IMG/VR virus record: IMGVR_UViG_3300042992_000919
Span: 1 to 63,656 of that record
Origin: a virus
Taxonomy: Duplodnaviria; Caudoviricetes
Reading direction: 5' to 3' (one strand)
Length of the DNA: 63,656 nucleotides
Shown: positions 45,809 through 56,500 of the stretch, piece by piece
How the letters are laid out: each line of letters begins with the position of its first letter
How positions within the stretch are numbered: position 1 is the first letter of the stretch
Made by a program: the position numbers and the translations under genes
Notes under the pieces: generated by a model
The model's database searches: none
What the model saw: only the letters and a program-made list of their open reading frames with translations
Told to the model about the DNA's origin: nothing

Positions 45809-48800
45809 AGATAAAAATACTGGACAAAATCTAAATATAGAATCAGCTGTATTTAATAAGGGAATGATGATGGACTTTGATGATCTCATTGTTCCAGAAG
45901 GTGTATGGATTAGAGCTAGAAATGCGGTTAATAATTCCCAAAATGGGAACATTGGTGTTATTGGAAATGAACCATCTAATCAATTATGTCAAACTATTAG
46001 TTATACAGTAATTGGATTAATATATATTTCAGATGGAGTTTGGGCAGTATTTAGTACAGATGATCAAAATCACCAAATAGGAATATACAGAGAAGATAGT
46101 TGTTCATATACAGCTATACATACAGAACTTGTTGGAAGAAAAGGGTGCTTAAATTTTAGAAGAACAAATTTAATAAAGGGTGTTTCAAGAGAAAGATTTG
46201 ATTGTACAAGACAATTATATTGGGATGATGGATTTAATACATCAAGAACAATTGCTTTAAGACAAGATCTAACAAGATTTACAGATGAATATTATGTTAG
46301 AACAATTACAAATCAACAGACTGGAGAAGATGCTGATGAAGATTGTGAAATTCCAACATATGACTATACAACATTAAACTGTGAAAATCTTAGATTAAAT
46401 CCTTTATTTAATCCACCATGCGTTAAACTTAAAAGAGCTAGTTATTCTGGGACACTTTTAAATGGTACATATCAAGTGGCAATTGCATACGCAATTGATG
46501 GGCAAAAAGTCACTGATTATATAGCTTTAAGTAATCCACAATCTTTATATAAACACGAGAATTCTAATTCATCATTAGAAGTTGTTATTGAATCAATAGA
46601 TGAAAGATTTGAGCAATTTGAATTAGTGGTAATTAGTTTTTATAATGGACAGACTCAAGCAAAAAAAATGGGTTTATACAGTACTCAAACGGGTTCTGTT
46701 TTTATAGATATTATTTCAAATGAATTAGAAGCTGTACCAACTTCATTAATTCCATTAATATCTACTATATATGAAAAATCAGAAGGTATGTATAAAAATG
46801 GAGATTACTTATTAAGAGTGGCTCCAACATCATACTTTGATTTTAATTATCAACCTTTAGCAAATTTAATTGAAACAGAATGGTATGCAGCAGCATATCC
46901 AGAAGATTATTATTACAAAGGTGGAAATAAAACTACATATCTAAGAGACGAAGTATATTCATTCTTTATTAGATGGGTATATAACACAGGACAAAAATCA
47001 CCATCATTTCATATTCCAGGTAGAGCTAAAAATAGTAATGATTCTCAAATATTATCAGGATCAGCATTAAATACTGTTACAAATAATCCTGATGAAATTG
47101 ATAATCAAAGATGGAGATATGTTAATACTGCAACAAGAACATTTCCTACACCATCAAATTCTATAAATTATAATGTAGGATTTGATACAACAGATGATGG
47201 TGGAATTATTGTTGCAAAAGGAGACATGGCTTATTGGGAATCTACAGAAGAATATCCTAATTTTAGACCTGATATCTGGAATTCAAGTGCACATACTTGG
47301 ACTGGAGTAAATGGTACAAATCCAGAATATGATTTATGTGGTCAAAGAATTAGACATCATAAATTTCCAGATATGGATGTCATTCCACATTTTACAGCAG
47401 ATTATAGTGCAAATGGAGATTTAGTACCAGCATATTCATCTGCCAATCTTCAAGTATTACCCGGACTTAATGTACCAATAAATCCTGAAACATTTGTTTC
47501 TCCAACATGTGGAGAAGATGGAATGCCTAATGTATATAGAGTTTCAACAGGAACAAATTATAAAATAATATTACTTGGAGTTAATTTTAATAATATAAAA
47601 CCACCAGTAGATAATAACGGAGATCCTATTCCTGGAATTATTGGATATGAAATATTAAGAGGTAATAGATTAGGAAATAAAACTATTCTTGCAAAAGGTA
47701 TATTTAATACTTTAAGAGAATATGATTTACCAGAATACGCTTTAAATCCAAATTCTACATATAGAAGAAAAGGTTTATTTTATAATTATCCTTTTAATGA
47801 TCAAAGAGCAGATACATTATTATCTAGAATTAAAGTGGATGGTGGTTGTAAACCCTCTTGTGATTTTAATGAATATCCTTCATTAAATATTATTAGTACA
47901 GATTTTCTAGGATTTGATTCACCAGAAACAGAATTCTTTAATTCATTTTTAGATGTAGATGAGTTTAAAATAAATTGTACATATGTTGGATCTGCAGAAG
48001 GTAAATTTACAGAAGTAAAAGATCATCCAAAGCATGCATTACCAAATGATTTAGCATTAATTATATCTGGTATATTTGGAATTATAACAGCAGCTAATAC
48101 TACTATATTAAGTGGATTTTTATCAGGAACACCTGAATTTTCAACACAAGTTGGAAGTAACGCAACAGCAACAGATTCAAAACCTCCCATTGATAGTTTA
48201 CCTGCTGGAGTTGATGAAGTAGTTTCAGTGTTTATGAAACCTATTGCATTTATGTATTATACTATTCAAATTACACAAGGATACATAGATGCAATATTAG
48301 CTTTATTAGGAACTAGACAATATGCTTTACAACATAAAGCTTATTGTTTTTATTCAAGTATTGCTGACACATTTGGAACATCGGGTAAATTATTTAAAAT
48401 AAAAGATAGTAGATATATTGGACCAACAAGAGCTGAAATAAATGAAAAGTATATTATTAATAATCTATACAGAAATAATTTTACATTAATTCAAACAATG
48501 GGAGGGATCCCAAATGTAAGTACTATATATAAAGATACATCTAGATATAGTATTCATAAAGCAAATCTTTTTCCAATTACAAATACAAATATTTTAAAAT
48601 CAGATGGTATAACTTATGATGATCCAGTAAATAAAATTATAAATACTAGATCATCTACTTTATATGGATCATTAAAATTTAAAATAAGAAATATATATGG
48701 TCAATTAAATCAAATTAGACAAGTACCTATTTCAAATTGTTTACATCCAGCTCCAGCTATAAACTCTACAACATCAACAAGTTATACAATATTTGGTGGA

Positions 48801-50849
48801 GATAATTATGTAGGACGCTATACTAAAAAGAATACATTTTTCTTTTTCTATGATTGGTTGAATAAACAACCTGATGAATTTGAATATGACTATAGAAAAT
48901 ATGCAATGATTCCATATCCAAGATATTGGATCAATACACAAAAATATAATACTAGTCAATTAATTAATAATTTATTTCCAGGAATTATATGTAATGATTT
49001 TGATGATTCTGGAATTTTTCGTAATGAGAATCAAGAAATATTTGGAGAAATATTAGAAGATGCAACATATGAAGAAAGATTTCCAAGCGATAATGCATCT
49101 TTAACTAGAGATCAAGCCTTATGTTATACGGGCGGAGATATTAAAGAAATTTTATGTGGTAATGGTGATGCTTTATTAAGAATAGATGGTTGGTTCTATT
49201 TATTTTATTCAGGTGTTAAAGACTTTTTTGTTGAATCAGAAATTAATCTTGCTCAAAGAGATTATGATGATAAAATAGAAACTAAGCACTATGATAAATA
49301 TAATAGTATAGTTGACTATAATGATATGTTTAATTCCGATATTATAAAGGAAAGAAACTATTATAAATATGATCAAGCATTATCTGTAGATAGATTTTAT
49401 AATATCTATACAACATTTGGTGCATTACAACCAGTATGGTATGATCCTCAAGTTGCAGAAACATGTTATACATATTCTCCTAAGAGAGTTATATATTCTT
49501 TACCTGGAACAAAAGAAACTATCAAAGATTACTGGAGATATTTCTTGGCAAATAATTTTAAAGAATTCGGATCTAGAATTACATCTATAAGTCCAATATC
49601 TAAAAATGGTACAATGATCCATTTTAAAGATATTAGTCCAGTGCAATTTGTAGGTGTTGATACTCTCCAAACAGATCTAGGTACAAAAATTACAGTGGGT
49701 GATGGGGGTTTGTTTAATCAACCATTACAAAATATTGTAAATACAGATTCACCATATGAATATGGATCTTGTCAAGATAGATTATCAATTATAAATACAC
49801 CATTTGGAATATTTTGGATATCTCAAGAACAAGGTAAAATATTTAATTACTCTGGACAATTAGCAGAAATTTCTGCATCAGGTATGCGTTGGTGGTTTGC
49901 AAATAATTTACCATATCAACTTACTAAGTATTATCCAGATTTTGAATTAAGAGATAATCCAGTAATTGGTGTTGGTTGCCAAGCAATCTATGATAATAAG
50001 AATCAAATTATATACTTTACTAAGAAAGATTATATACCACGAGATACAAGTTTAATAACATATGTGAGTGGTAATATATTTAGAAAAGTTGGTACTAATC
50101 AACAAATTGAACTTGGTGATAAATTATATTTTGAAGAAGCTTCATGGACAATATCATACGATCCTAAATTAAAAATTTGGGTGTCGTTCCATGATTGGCA
50201 TCCACAATTAATGATTCCTGAACGTAACACTTTTGTTACAATTAAAAATAAAGGTTTCTGGAAACATAATAATACTTGCACTAGTTTCTGTAATTTCTAT
50301 GGTACAAATTATCCATTTGAAATTGAGAAAGCATTATCTACTGGACAATCTATAACAACATTAAGAAATGTTGAATATATGCTTGAGTCATATAGATATA
50401 CAGATAATTGTTTAGATAATCATCATTTACTAGATCATAACTTTGATAATATGATTGTCTATAATAGTGAGCAAATTTCTGGTGTACTCAATCTTATACC
50501 TCACACTAAAAATGATCCTATTACAATGCTAACATATCCGAGGATTAATCCGGATAGTATTGATGTATTATTTAGTAAAGAAGAAAATAAATATAGAGTA
50601 AATCAGTTTTGGGATATTACCTCTGATAGAGGAGAGTTTTCTGGTAATACAAATATATTATGGGAAACTGCAGCTAACGGATATTCTAAAGCTATTAGAC
50701 CAGGATCAGTGAATTATGCTAAATCTCCGTTAGAAAGAAAGAAGTTTAGACATTATGCCACCAGAGTTGTTCTAAGAAAAAATATTTCTAATGATGTTAA
50801 AATGTTTTATAAAGTGTTTAATCTTAAGCAAGCACAGTCTTACCGATGA
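45798..50849 (+). CDS. Tail stabilisation/muzzle-like protein (1683 aa)
   Basis: FNKGM..D...A.N N-terminus, beta-propeller-like repeats, WTISYDP...WVSFH; crAss-like gene order. Confidence 0.8.
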   Translation: MASKDKNTGQNLNIESAVFNKGMMMDFDDLIVPEGVWIRARNAVNNSQNGNIGVIGNEPSNQLCQTISYTVIGLIYISDGVWAVFSTDDQNHQIGIYREDSCSYTAIHTELVGRKGCLNFRRTNLIKGVSRERFDCTRQLYWDDGFNTSRTIALRQDLTRFTDEYYVRTITNQQTGEDADEDCEIPTYDYTTLNCENLRLNPLFNPPCVKLKRASYSGTLLNGTYQVAIAYAIDGQKVTDYIALSNPQSLYKHENSNSSLEVVIESIDERFEQFELVVISFYNGQTQAKKMGLYSTQTGSVFIDIISNELEAVPTSLIPLISTIYEKSEGMYKNGDYLLRVAPTSYFDFNYQPLANLIETEWYAAAYPEDYYYKGGNKTTYLRDEVYSFFIRWVYNTGQKSPSFHIPGRAKNSNDSQILSGSALNTVTNNPDEIDNQRWRYVNTATRTFPTPSNSINYNVGFDTTDDGGIIVAKGDMAYWESTEEYPNFRPDIWNSSAHTWTGVNGTNPEYDLCGQRIRHHKFPDMDVIPHFTADYSANGDLVPAYSSANLQVLPGLNVPINPETFVSPTCGEDGMPNVYRVSTGTNYKIILLGVNFNNIKPPVDNNGDPIPGIIGYEILRGNRLGNKTILAKGIFNTLREYDLPEYALNPNSTYRRKGLFYNYPFNDQRADTLLSRIKVDGGCKPSCDFNEYPSLNIISTDFLGFDSPETEFFNSFLDVDEFKINCTYVGSAEGKFTEVKDHPKHALPNDLALIISGIFGIITAANTTILSGFLSGTPEFSTQVGSNATATDSKPPIDSLPAGVDEVVSVFMKPIAFMYYTIQITQGYIDAILALLGTRQYALQHKAYCFYSSIADTFGTSGKLFKIKDSRYIGPTRAEINEKYIINNLYRNNFTLIQTMGGIPNVSTIYKDTSRYSIHKANLFPITNTNILKSDGITYDDPVNKIINTRSSTLYGSLKFKIRNIYGQLNQIRQVPISNCLHPAPAINSTTSTSYTIFGGDNYVGRYTKKNTFFFFYDWLNKQPDEFEYDYRKYAMIPYPRYWINTQKYNTSQLINNLFPGIICNDFDDSGIFRNENQEIFGEILEDATYEERFPSDNASLTRDQALCYTGGDIKEILCGNGDALLRIDGWFYLFYSGVKDFFVESEINLAQRDYDDKIETKHYDKYNSIVDYNDMFNSDIIKERNYYKYDQALSVDRFYNIYTTFGALQPVWYDPQVAETCYTYSPKRVIYSLPGTKETIKDYWRYFLANNFKEFGSRITSISPISKNGTMIHFKDISPVQFVGVDTLQTDLGTKITVGDGGLFNQPLQNIVNTDSPYEYGSCQDRLSIINTPFGIFWISQEQGKIFNYSGQLAEISASGMRWWFANNLPYQLTKYYPDFELRDNPVIGVGCQAIYDNKNQIIYFTKKDYIPRDTSLITYVSGNIFRKVGTNQQIELGDKLYFEEASWTISYDPKLKIWVSFHDWHPQLMIPERNTFVTIKNKGFWKHNNTCTSFCNFYGTNYPFEIEKALSTGQSITTLRNVEYMLESYRYTDNCLDNHHLLDHNFDNMIVYNSEQISGVLNLIPHTKNDPITMLTYPRINPDSIDVLFSKEENKYRVNQFWDITSDRGEFSGNTNILWETAANGYSKAIRPGSVNYAKSPLERKKFRHYATRVVLRKNISNDVKMFYKVFNLKQAQSYR

Positions 50850-53515
50850 AAAAACTATTTAGAAAAAATACAAAAGAGGGTTTATCAAATGGACCTAATG
50901 AAATAAAAACAACAGAATCTGGATTTATTATTTCAGAAAGAGGTCAATGGGATTTTCCAGGATCTCCTACAATGATTCCTTCTAATAATATTACAATGAA
51001 GGATGTACCATATCCTGTATTTGGATTTGATGATCTAGGATATAGTCAAATGATGTATCCTAATATGAATTATAAATTTCCAGGAAATCAAGTGTATGAG
51101 TTACCTATGGTAGAAAATGGTGGACAGTATAACCCAGATACAGATGAAATAATTGAATTTATAGATAATCTACCTAAAGCACAAGATGGTTTTGAAATGC
51201 AAGAGTTTAATCCATCAAAAGTAATACTTAGAGAAGTAGGTAATATTAGTAGGTATAATAATAATGAAGAGGGTATTATAAAAGAACCATATAAAAATTC
51301 ACATGAAGTTTATATGGATGATAAAAAAGGTTGGAGAAAAGTTTCATATGATGAATATGAAAACTATAAAAAATTATATCCTGGAGCAGATACAAAAAAA
51401 GGTTGGATAAGAAATCCAAAAAAAGAAACTAAAGGAAATTTATATCAAGGAGGTGGTAGTAAATATACTAATAAAGAAGGAGTCATAATGGGACCTATAA
51501 GAAATCCAGATGGTTCTTACACATTACCGGTTAGTACAAAAGGATTACCTCAAGTAAATTTACCCGAATATAATTTAAATTTAAATGCAGATCCTAATTA
51601 TGGACCAATTACTTTAGATGAGTATTTAAATAGTGGATTTAATCCTCTAAATTTATTATTACCAAATCCCGAACAAGGTGTAATAATTAGAGATGCAGAA
51701 GGTAATATAAGAGGTGAATCACCACTTAGTGCTTCACATCCTGAAATGTTAATGCTTCCAGCAAGTATTGGTTTAAAAAATAATCTTGGTAAATTTATAG
51801 ATGCTGTAAATCCTATAAGTGGATTTGGCCAAGTAGGAAGAAATGCAATTGGATCAGCATTAATTAGAAATGCAGTTAAGAAAGGAAAAATTAAATCAAA
51901 TGATGTTCCTAAAATACAACGTATTGATCCTATAAATAGAAGTACTGTTGGAAAACAAAATGATATTATTGCCAATATGTCAAAAGATGAATATGATACT
52001 TTTATTAAACAAATATATACACAAAATAGAGAAGCATTTGATAATCCATTAATAGAGTTTAAATCAAGTCAACCATCAAGTTTTATTAAAGGTATAGGTG
52101 CAGATGAAAAACAAGGATTATTATTTAAAGAAAAATTTTGTCTGCCAGGAAGTGAATGTGCTAAAACAGCAAATTCAGTGGCAAATAGAATCTACACTGA
52201 TATAACAGGTAAAGAATTTGATGTAATGGGTAATGCTCATAATGCTTGGCATACAGAAGATCAAATGACAAGATCTGGTGCTATACCGGTTTATGGTAGA
52301 GATGAATTAAAAGTAGGTGATAGATTATTAATGGGTAATGGTGTTGATCAATCAACATATATGCCTGGATATAATGCAGATCCAACTATAAGACATGCTG
52401 GAACTTATGCTGGAATAATGATGCATGAAGGAAAACCTTATCAAATGTTATTTGAAAGTGGTAGAAATAATCCAATGCTTATAAATAGTATTGATTATCC
52501 AATCACTGGACCAAATTCATTAAAAAAAGCATTTAGATCTGAGCAATTTACTGGAGATGAATTTGGAGCAAATCTTGTAGATAAAAATATTAGATATGCA
52601 TATAGAGATAAACCATCAGTAGCTACATATAGTTCTAAAAATAAAACTGCACAAGATGTTTTATCAGAAGGTCAAAACTATAGAGAAACTATTAAAAGAC
52701 AATATGATATTACTAATGATGAGTTTGATGAATTATTAAATAGTTTAGTTGGTATTGGTGCACAAGAAACAAAACTTAATTCAGCATTACCTGCTTCAAA
52801 ATTAACGAAAGCAAAAATTACATTACAAAACAAATTAGTGGATGCAGGTTTATCTAAACCAATTAAACAAGCAATTAATACTGGAAAAAAAGCATTAAAC
52901 AGTTTATCAACTAAATCAAATTTACCTAGTTATCCTGGTTCAGCTAAAATTGAAATGGATGCAGCTAAACTTGCACAGCAGGAAGGTATACCATTTAATG
53001 AAGCATTAGAAACTATAAAAAATCAGTATGCTCCAAAACAAAAATTTACACCTAGTACAGTTGAACCATCTAAAGGAATGTTTAGACAAAAATTTCAAAC
53101 TGAATCTGATAGATTAGCAGATGTAAATAAAAATATAGGATCAAAAGAATCATTAAGAAATGCATTAGGATTAATGTCTGAAAACTATGATAAAGTAAGA
53201 AAGATGTATCCAGATGCTTCACCAAGACAATTAGTAGATTTAACTACACTAATGTGGAATAGTCCTGGTAAAGTAAAGAATAAAGAACTAGTTGATTTTT
53301 ATTTATTTGGAAAAAATAATCCAGATCCAAGCAGATTTAATTTTGATTATTTAAGAAAAGTAAATGACTATAGAAATAATCTAATAGATATTCAACCTAA
53401 AGGTGTAGAAGATTATACGAGATTATTTAGAAATAATGAATATCCAGAAATTCAATATCAATCTGGTGGCAGTTATAATGCTAATACTGATGAATTTTTA
53501 GGTTTTATAGACTGA
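50846..53515 (+). CDS. Virion cargo protein with putative CHAP/NlpC-P60-like and lytic-transglycosylase-like domains
   Basis: ECAKTAN...RHAGTY...FESG; GAQET...SKGMF...MWNSPG...YLRKV. Confidence 0.6.
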   Translation: MKKLFRKNTKEGLSNGPNEIKTTESGFIISERGQWDFPGSPTMIPSNNITMKDVPYPVFGFDDLGYSQMMYPNMNYKFPGNQVYELPMVENGGQYNPDTDEIIEFIDNLPKAQDGFEMQEFNPSKVILREVGNISRYNNNEEGIIKEPYKNSHEVYMDDKKGWRKVSYDEYENYKKLYPGADTKKGWIRNPKKETKGNLYQGGGSKYTNKEGVIMGPIRNPDGSYTLPVSTKGLPQVNLPEYNLNLNADPNYGPITLDEYLNSGFNPLNLLLPNPEQGVIIRDAEGNIRGESPLSASHPEMLMLPASIGLKNNLGKFIDAVNPISGFGQVGRNAIGSALIRNAVKKGKIKSNDVPKIQRIDPINRSTVGKQNDIIANMSKDEYDTFIKQIYTQNREAFDNPLIEFKSSQPSSFIKGIGADEKQGLLFKEKFCLPGSECAKTANSVANRIYTDITGKEFDVMGNAHNAWHTEDQMTRSGAIPVYGRDELKVGDRLLMGNGVDQSTYMPGYNADPTIRHAGTYAGIMMHEGKPYQMLFESGRNNPMLINSIDYPITGPNSLKKAFRSEQFTGDEFGANLVDKNIRYAYRDKPSVATYSSKNKTAQDVLSEGQNYRETIKRQYDITNDEFDELLNSLVGIGAQETKLNSALPASKLTKAKITLQNKLVDAGLSKPIKQAINTGKKALNSLSTKSNLPSYPGSAKIEMDAAKLAQQEGIPFNEALETIKNQYAPKQKFTPSTVEPSKGMFRQKFQTESDRLADVNKNIGSKESLRNALGLMSENYDKVRKMYPDASPRQLVDLTTLMWNSPGKVKNKELVDFYLFGKNNPDPSRFNFDYLRKVNDYRNNLIDIQPKGVEDYTRLFRNNEYPEIQYQSGGSYNANTDEFLGFID

Positions 53516-53553
53516 GAAAATTTTTGTAAATTGTACAATTATACTATATAATA

Positions 53554-56500
53554 ATGAGAAAAGCATTAGTTAAAAGAGGTGATAAAATTGTTGAGGTAAC
53601 AATTGATGAAAACTCCTATAAAACAGGTGGTTCTAATCTTATTAAAAGAAAAGATGGATCATATTCACAAAGAGGACTCTGGGATAATATTAGAGCAAAT
53701 AAAGGTTCTGGTAAAAAACCCACTAAACAAATGCTTGAACAAGCAAGAAAAATTAAAAATAAAAAACAAACTGGTGGAGAAGAAATGTATATACCAGATA
53801 CTGGTGTAGAACAATTCGCTCCAGATTATAGTTGGTTTGAAGGTAATCCTAATACTGCTGCTCCAGGTAATATTGTATCTTGGCCATCATATCCTATTAA
53901 AGTTTCCGGAGCTACTCAAAATCAACCACCAATAGTTGAAGATGAAGTTCCACAAAATATGATGCCACAAAGAGTGGCACCAAGTCGTGGCTCTGTATAT
54001 TTTAATAGAGGACAGTATCCCGGAAATTCAATGATCTATTTAGATAAACCAAGTTATCAATATGAAGAATTTGAACCTAATAGAAATTCTAGATTATCTC
54101 AATGGTTTAATAATTTAGCTAATAATGTAGGTGACGGAGTTGAAAATTTTGGAGACTTTATTGGAAATATAGAAATGCCTAAAAGAAAAAGAAGAGGTTT
54201 TCTAAAAAAATTATTTAGAGGTAAAGGTAAAGGTTTATTAAATTGTAAACCTGGAACAGCTTGTGCTAGATTTCAAGAAGGTGGTGAGGAAAATCAATTT
54301 GAAGAATTACTTGATCAAATAGAAGATGCTTTAGAACAAGATGCAAATCCACAAGAAATACTAGACCAACTAGTAGGAATGGGTGTGGATCAAAACCAAG
54401 CTCAAGAATTAATTCAAGAAGCAATGCAAGATCTTCAAGAAGATGCAAAAGAAAAAGAAGGTAATGAAGAAGAGGAGGATAATGGTGAAGAAAAAGAAAT
54501 GGGAGAAGATGATGAAATGTATGCAAGTGGAGGTTCTTATAGAGTATCTAAAACTAATGAACGTAAAGGTAAAACTCATAAGGTAGTGGGTCCTGGTGGT
54601 GTTACTAAATACTTTGGAGATCCAAAACTTGGAGAAAAAAGTAAATCTAAATATGGTAAAAAAGGTTTTTATGCTAGACATAAAAAGAATCTAGCTAAGA
54701 ATCCATTCTTTAGAGCATATGCTAGAGCAACATGGGCAGAAGGTGGTGAACCTTCATACATGAATGAACCAGAATATAAAACAAATTCATTCATTTCTAA
54801 AGTAAAAGAAATGGGTCAAATGGAAAATGACAGGAATTTGTATAATGATATTATGGAACAATCTCAACAGATGCTAATGCAAATGGGAGGATCTCCAGAT
54901 AATTATGGTTATGTAGGTAATCCGCAATTAGATATGTATCAACAGGCTTTTAATGAATTTAATTCAAAAGGAAATGTTGAAGGAGCAGTATTTGGGGCAT
55001 TAAATAATGCCGGATTAAAATTAGAAAAAGGAGTTGAAATGGCTGCTAATGTAATAGTGCCAGGTAGTGGAAAACTTGTTAAAGCAGGTTTTGATGCACA
55101 AAGACCCAAGTCAATGACTGATTCAACATCACAAGGTATATCAGGTGATATGTTAGGCTCTATGTTACAAGGTGCTATTAGCGATCCATCACAACTTGCA
55201 GGTCTTATAGTAAGAAGAGGCGGTACACTAAATAGATTTCAAATTGCAGGATCTGTTCCTGGATATGTTTCTCCTTATACCACTGATCCATTCACAAATC
55301 AAGGAATATCTACAAATTTAACATTAGAAGAATTCGTTAAAAAATTTGAAAAACAAAATCCTTCTTATGGTAAACAAGTTATTCCTCAACAACCTCAACA
55401 ATATGGTATTACAAATCAAAGTTTAAATACACCTGCACTTGAACCAATAAACTATTTTGATGAACAAGGAAATTATACAAATTTTCAAGGACCATTAAAT
55501 CAAGCAGAACAATCTGAAATTACAACAGAATCAACTAATCCTGTAAAAGACCCATTATTAAAACCACCGGTTCAAAAAAATAATAATATATCATTCCAAA
55601 ATGTAGTATCTGGTTTACCTGCAGTTGCTTCAATTATTACATCAATGGGTAATAGAGGTAAAACTAAAAAATTAGAGGCTCAAATGTCTGATATGACAAT
55701 GGCTAATAATGTATTTACAGCAGATGATACATTAGATAGAGGAGACTTTGAAAGAAATACTGGTAGACGAAAACCTAATCAATATATAATGGGATCACTT
55801 CAAGGTGTACCAGCATTGTCATCTGCTAAATATGGGGGTATTCAAAAACCTGGAGTATATATGTCTTATCCTACTGCCACTCCAGAATCTGTAGTATATG
55901 GTAAACCAGATAAAAAAATGTCTAATACATTATCACCAGTAGATAGAGATAAAGCAAATCTAGAAGCTGAAGTTGGTGAAACAGTTATGACACCTGCAGG
56001 TGATGATGGTATTCCTAAATTTTTTAAAGTTGGCGGTAAAAGACATAGTGAAGGAGGAACACCTTTATATCTTCCAGAAAATTCATTTATATTCTCAGAT
56101 ACTAGATCAATGCTATTAGGAAAGAATATGCTTGAAGAATTTGGTATTATAGGTAAAAAGAAAAAGACACCTGCAGAAGTTGCTAAAACTCTTGGTAAAG
56201 GTTATGAGAAATATGTAAAAACTATTCAAGATCCTAACTCAGATTCTATTGAAAGAAAAACAGCAGAGATGATGATACAAACTCAAATAAATAATTTGGG
56301 TAAATTAGCATTAGCTCAAGAATCTAAAAAAGGATTTCCACAAGGTATCCCAATGATATCTGTTCCATATATGGCATCAATAGGTGTAAATGCAGAACAA
56401 GTGTTACCACAGCAAGAACAAATACCGCAAGGTATGCCACAAGGTAATATGATACCTCCTGAAATGATGCAACAAATGCCTATGGCTAAATATGGTTTAC

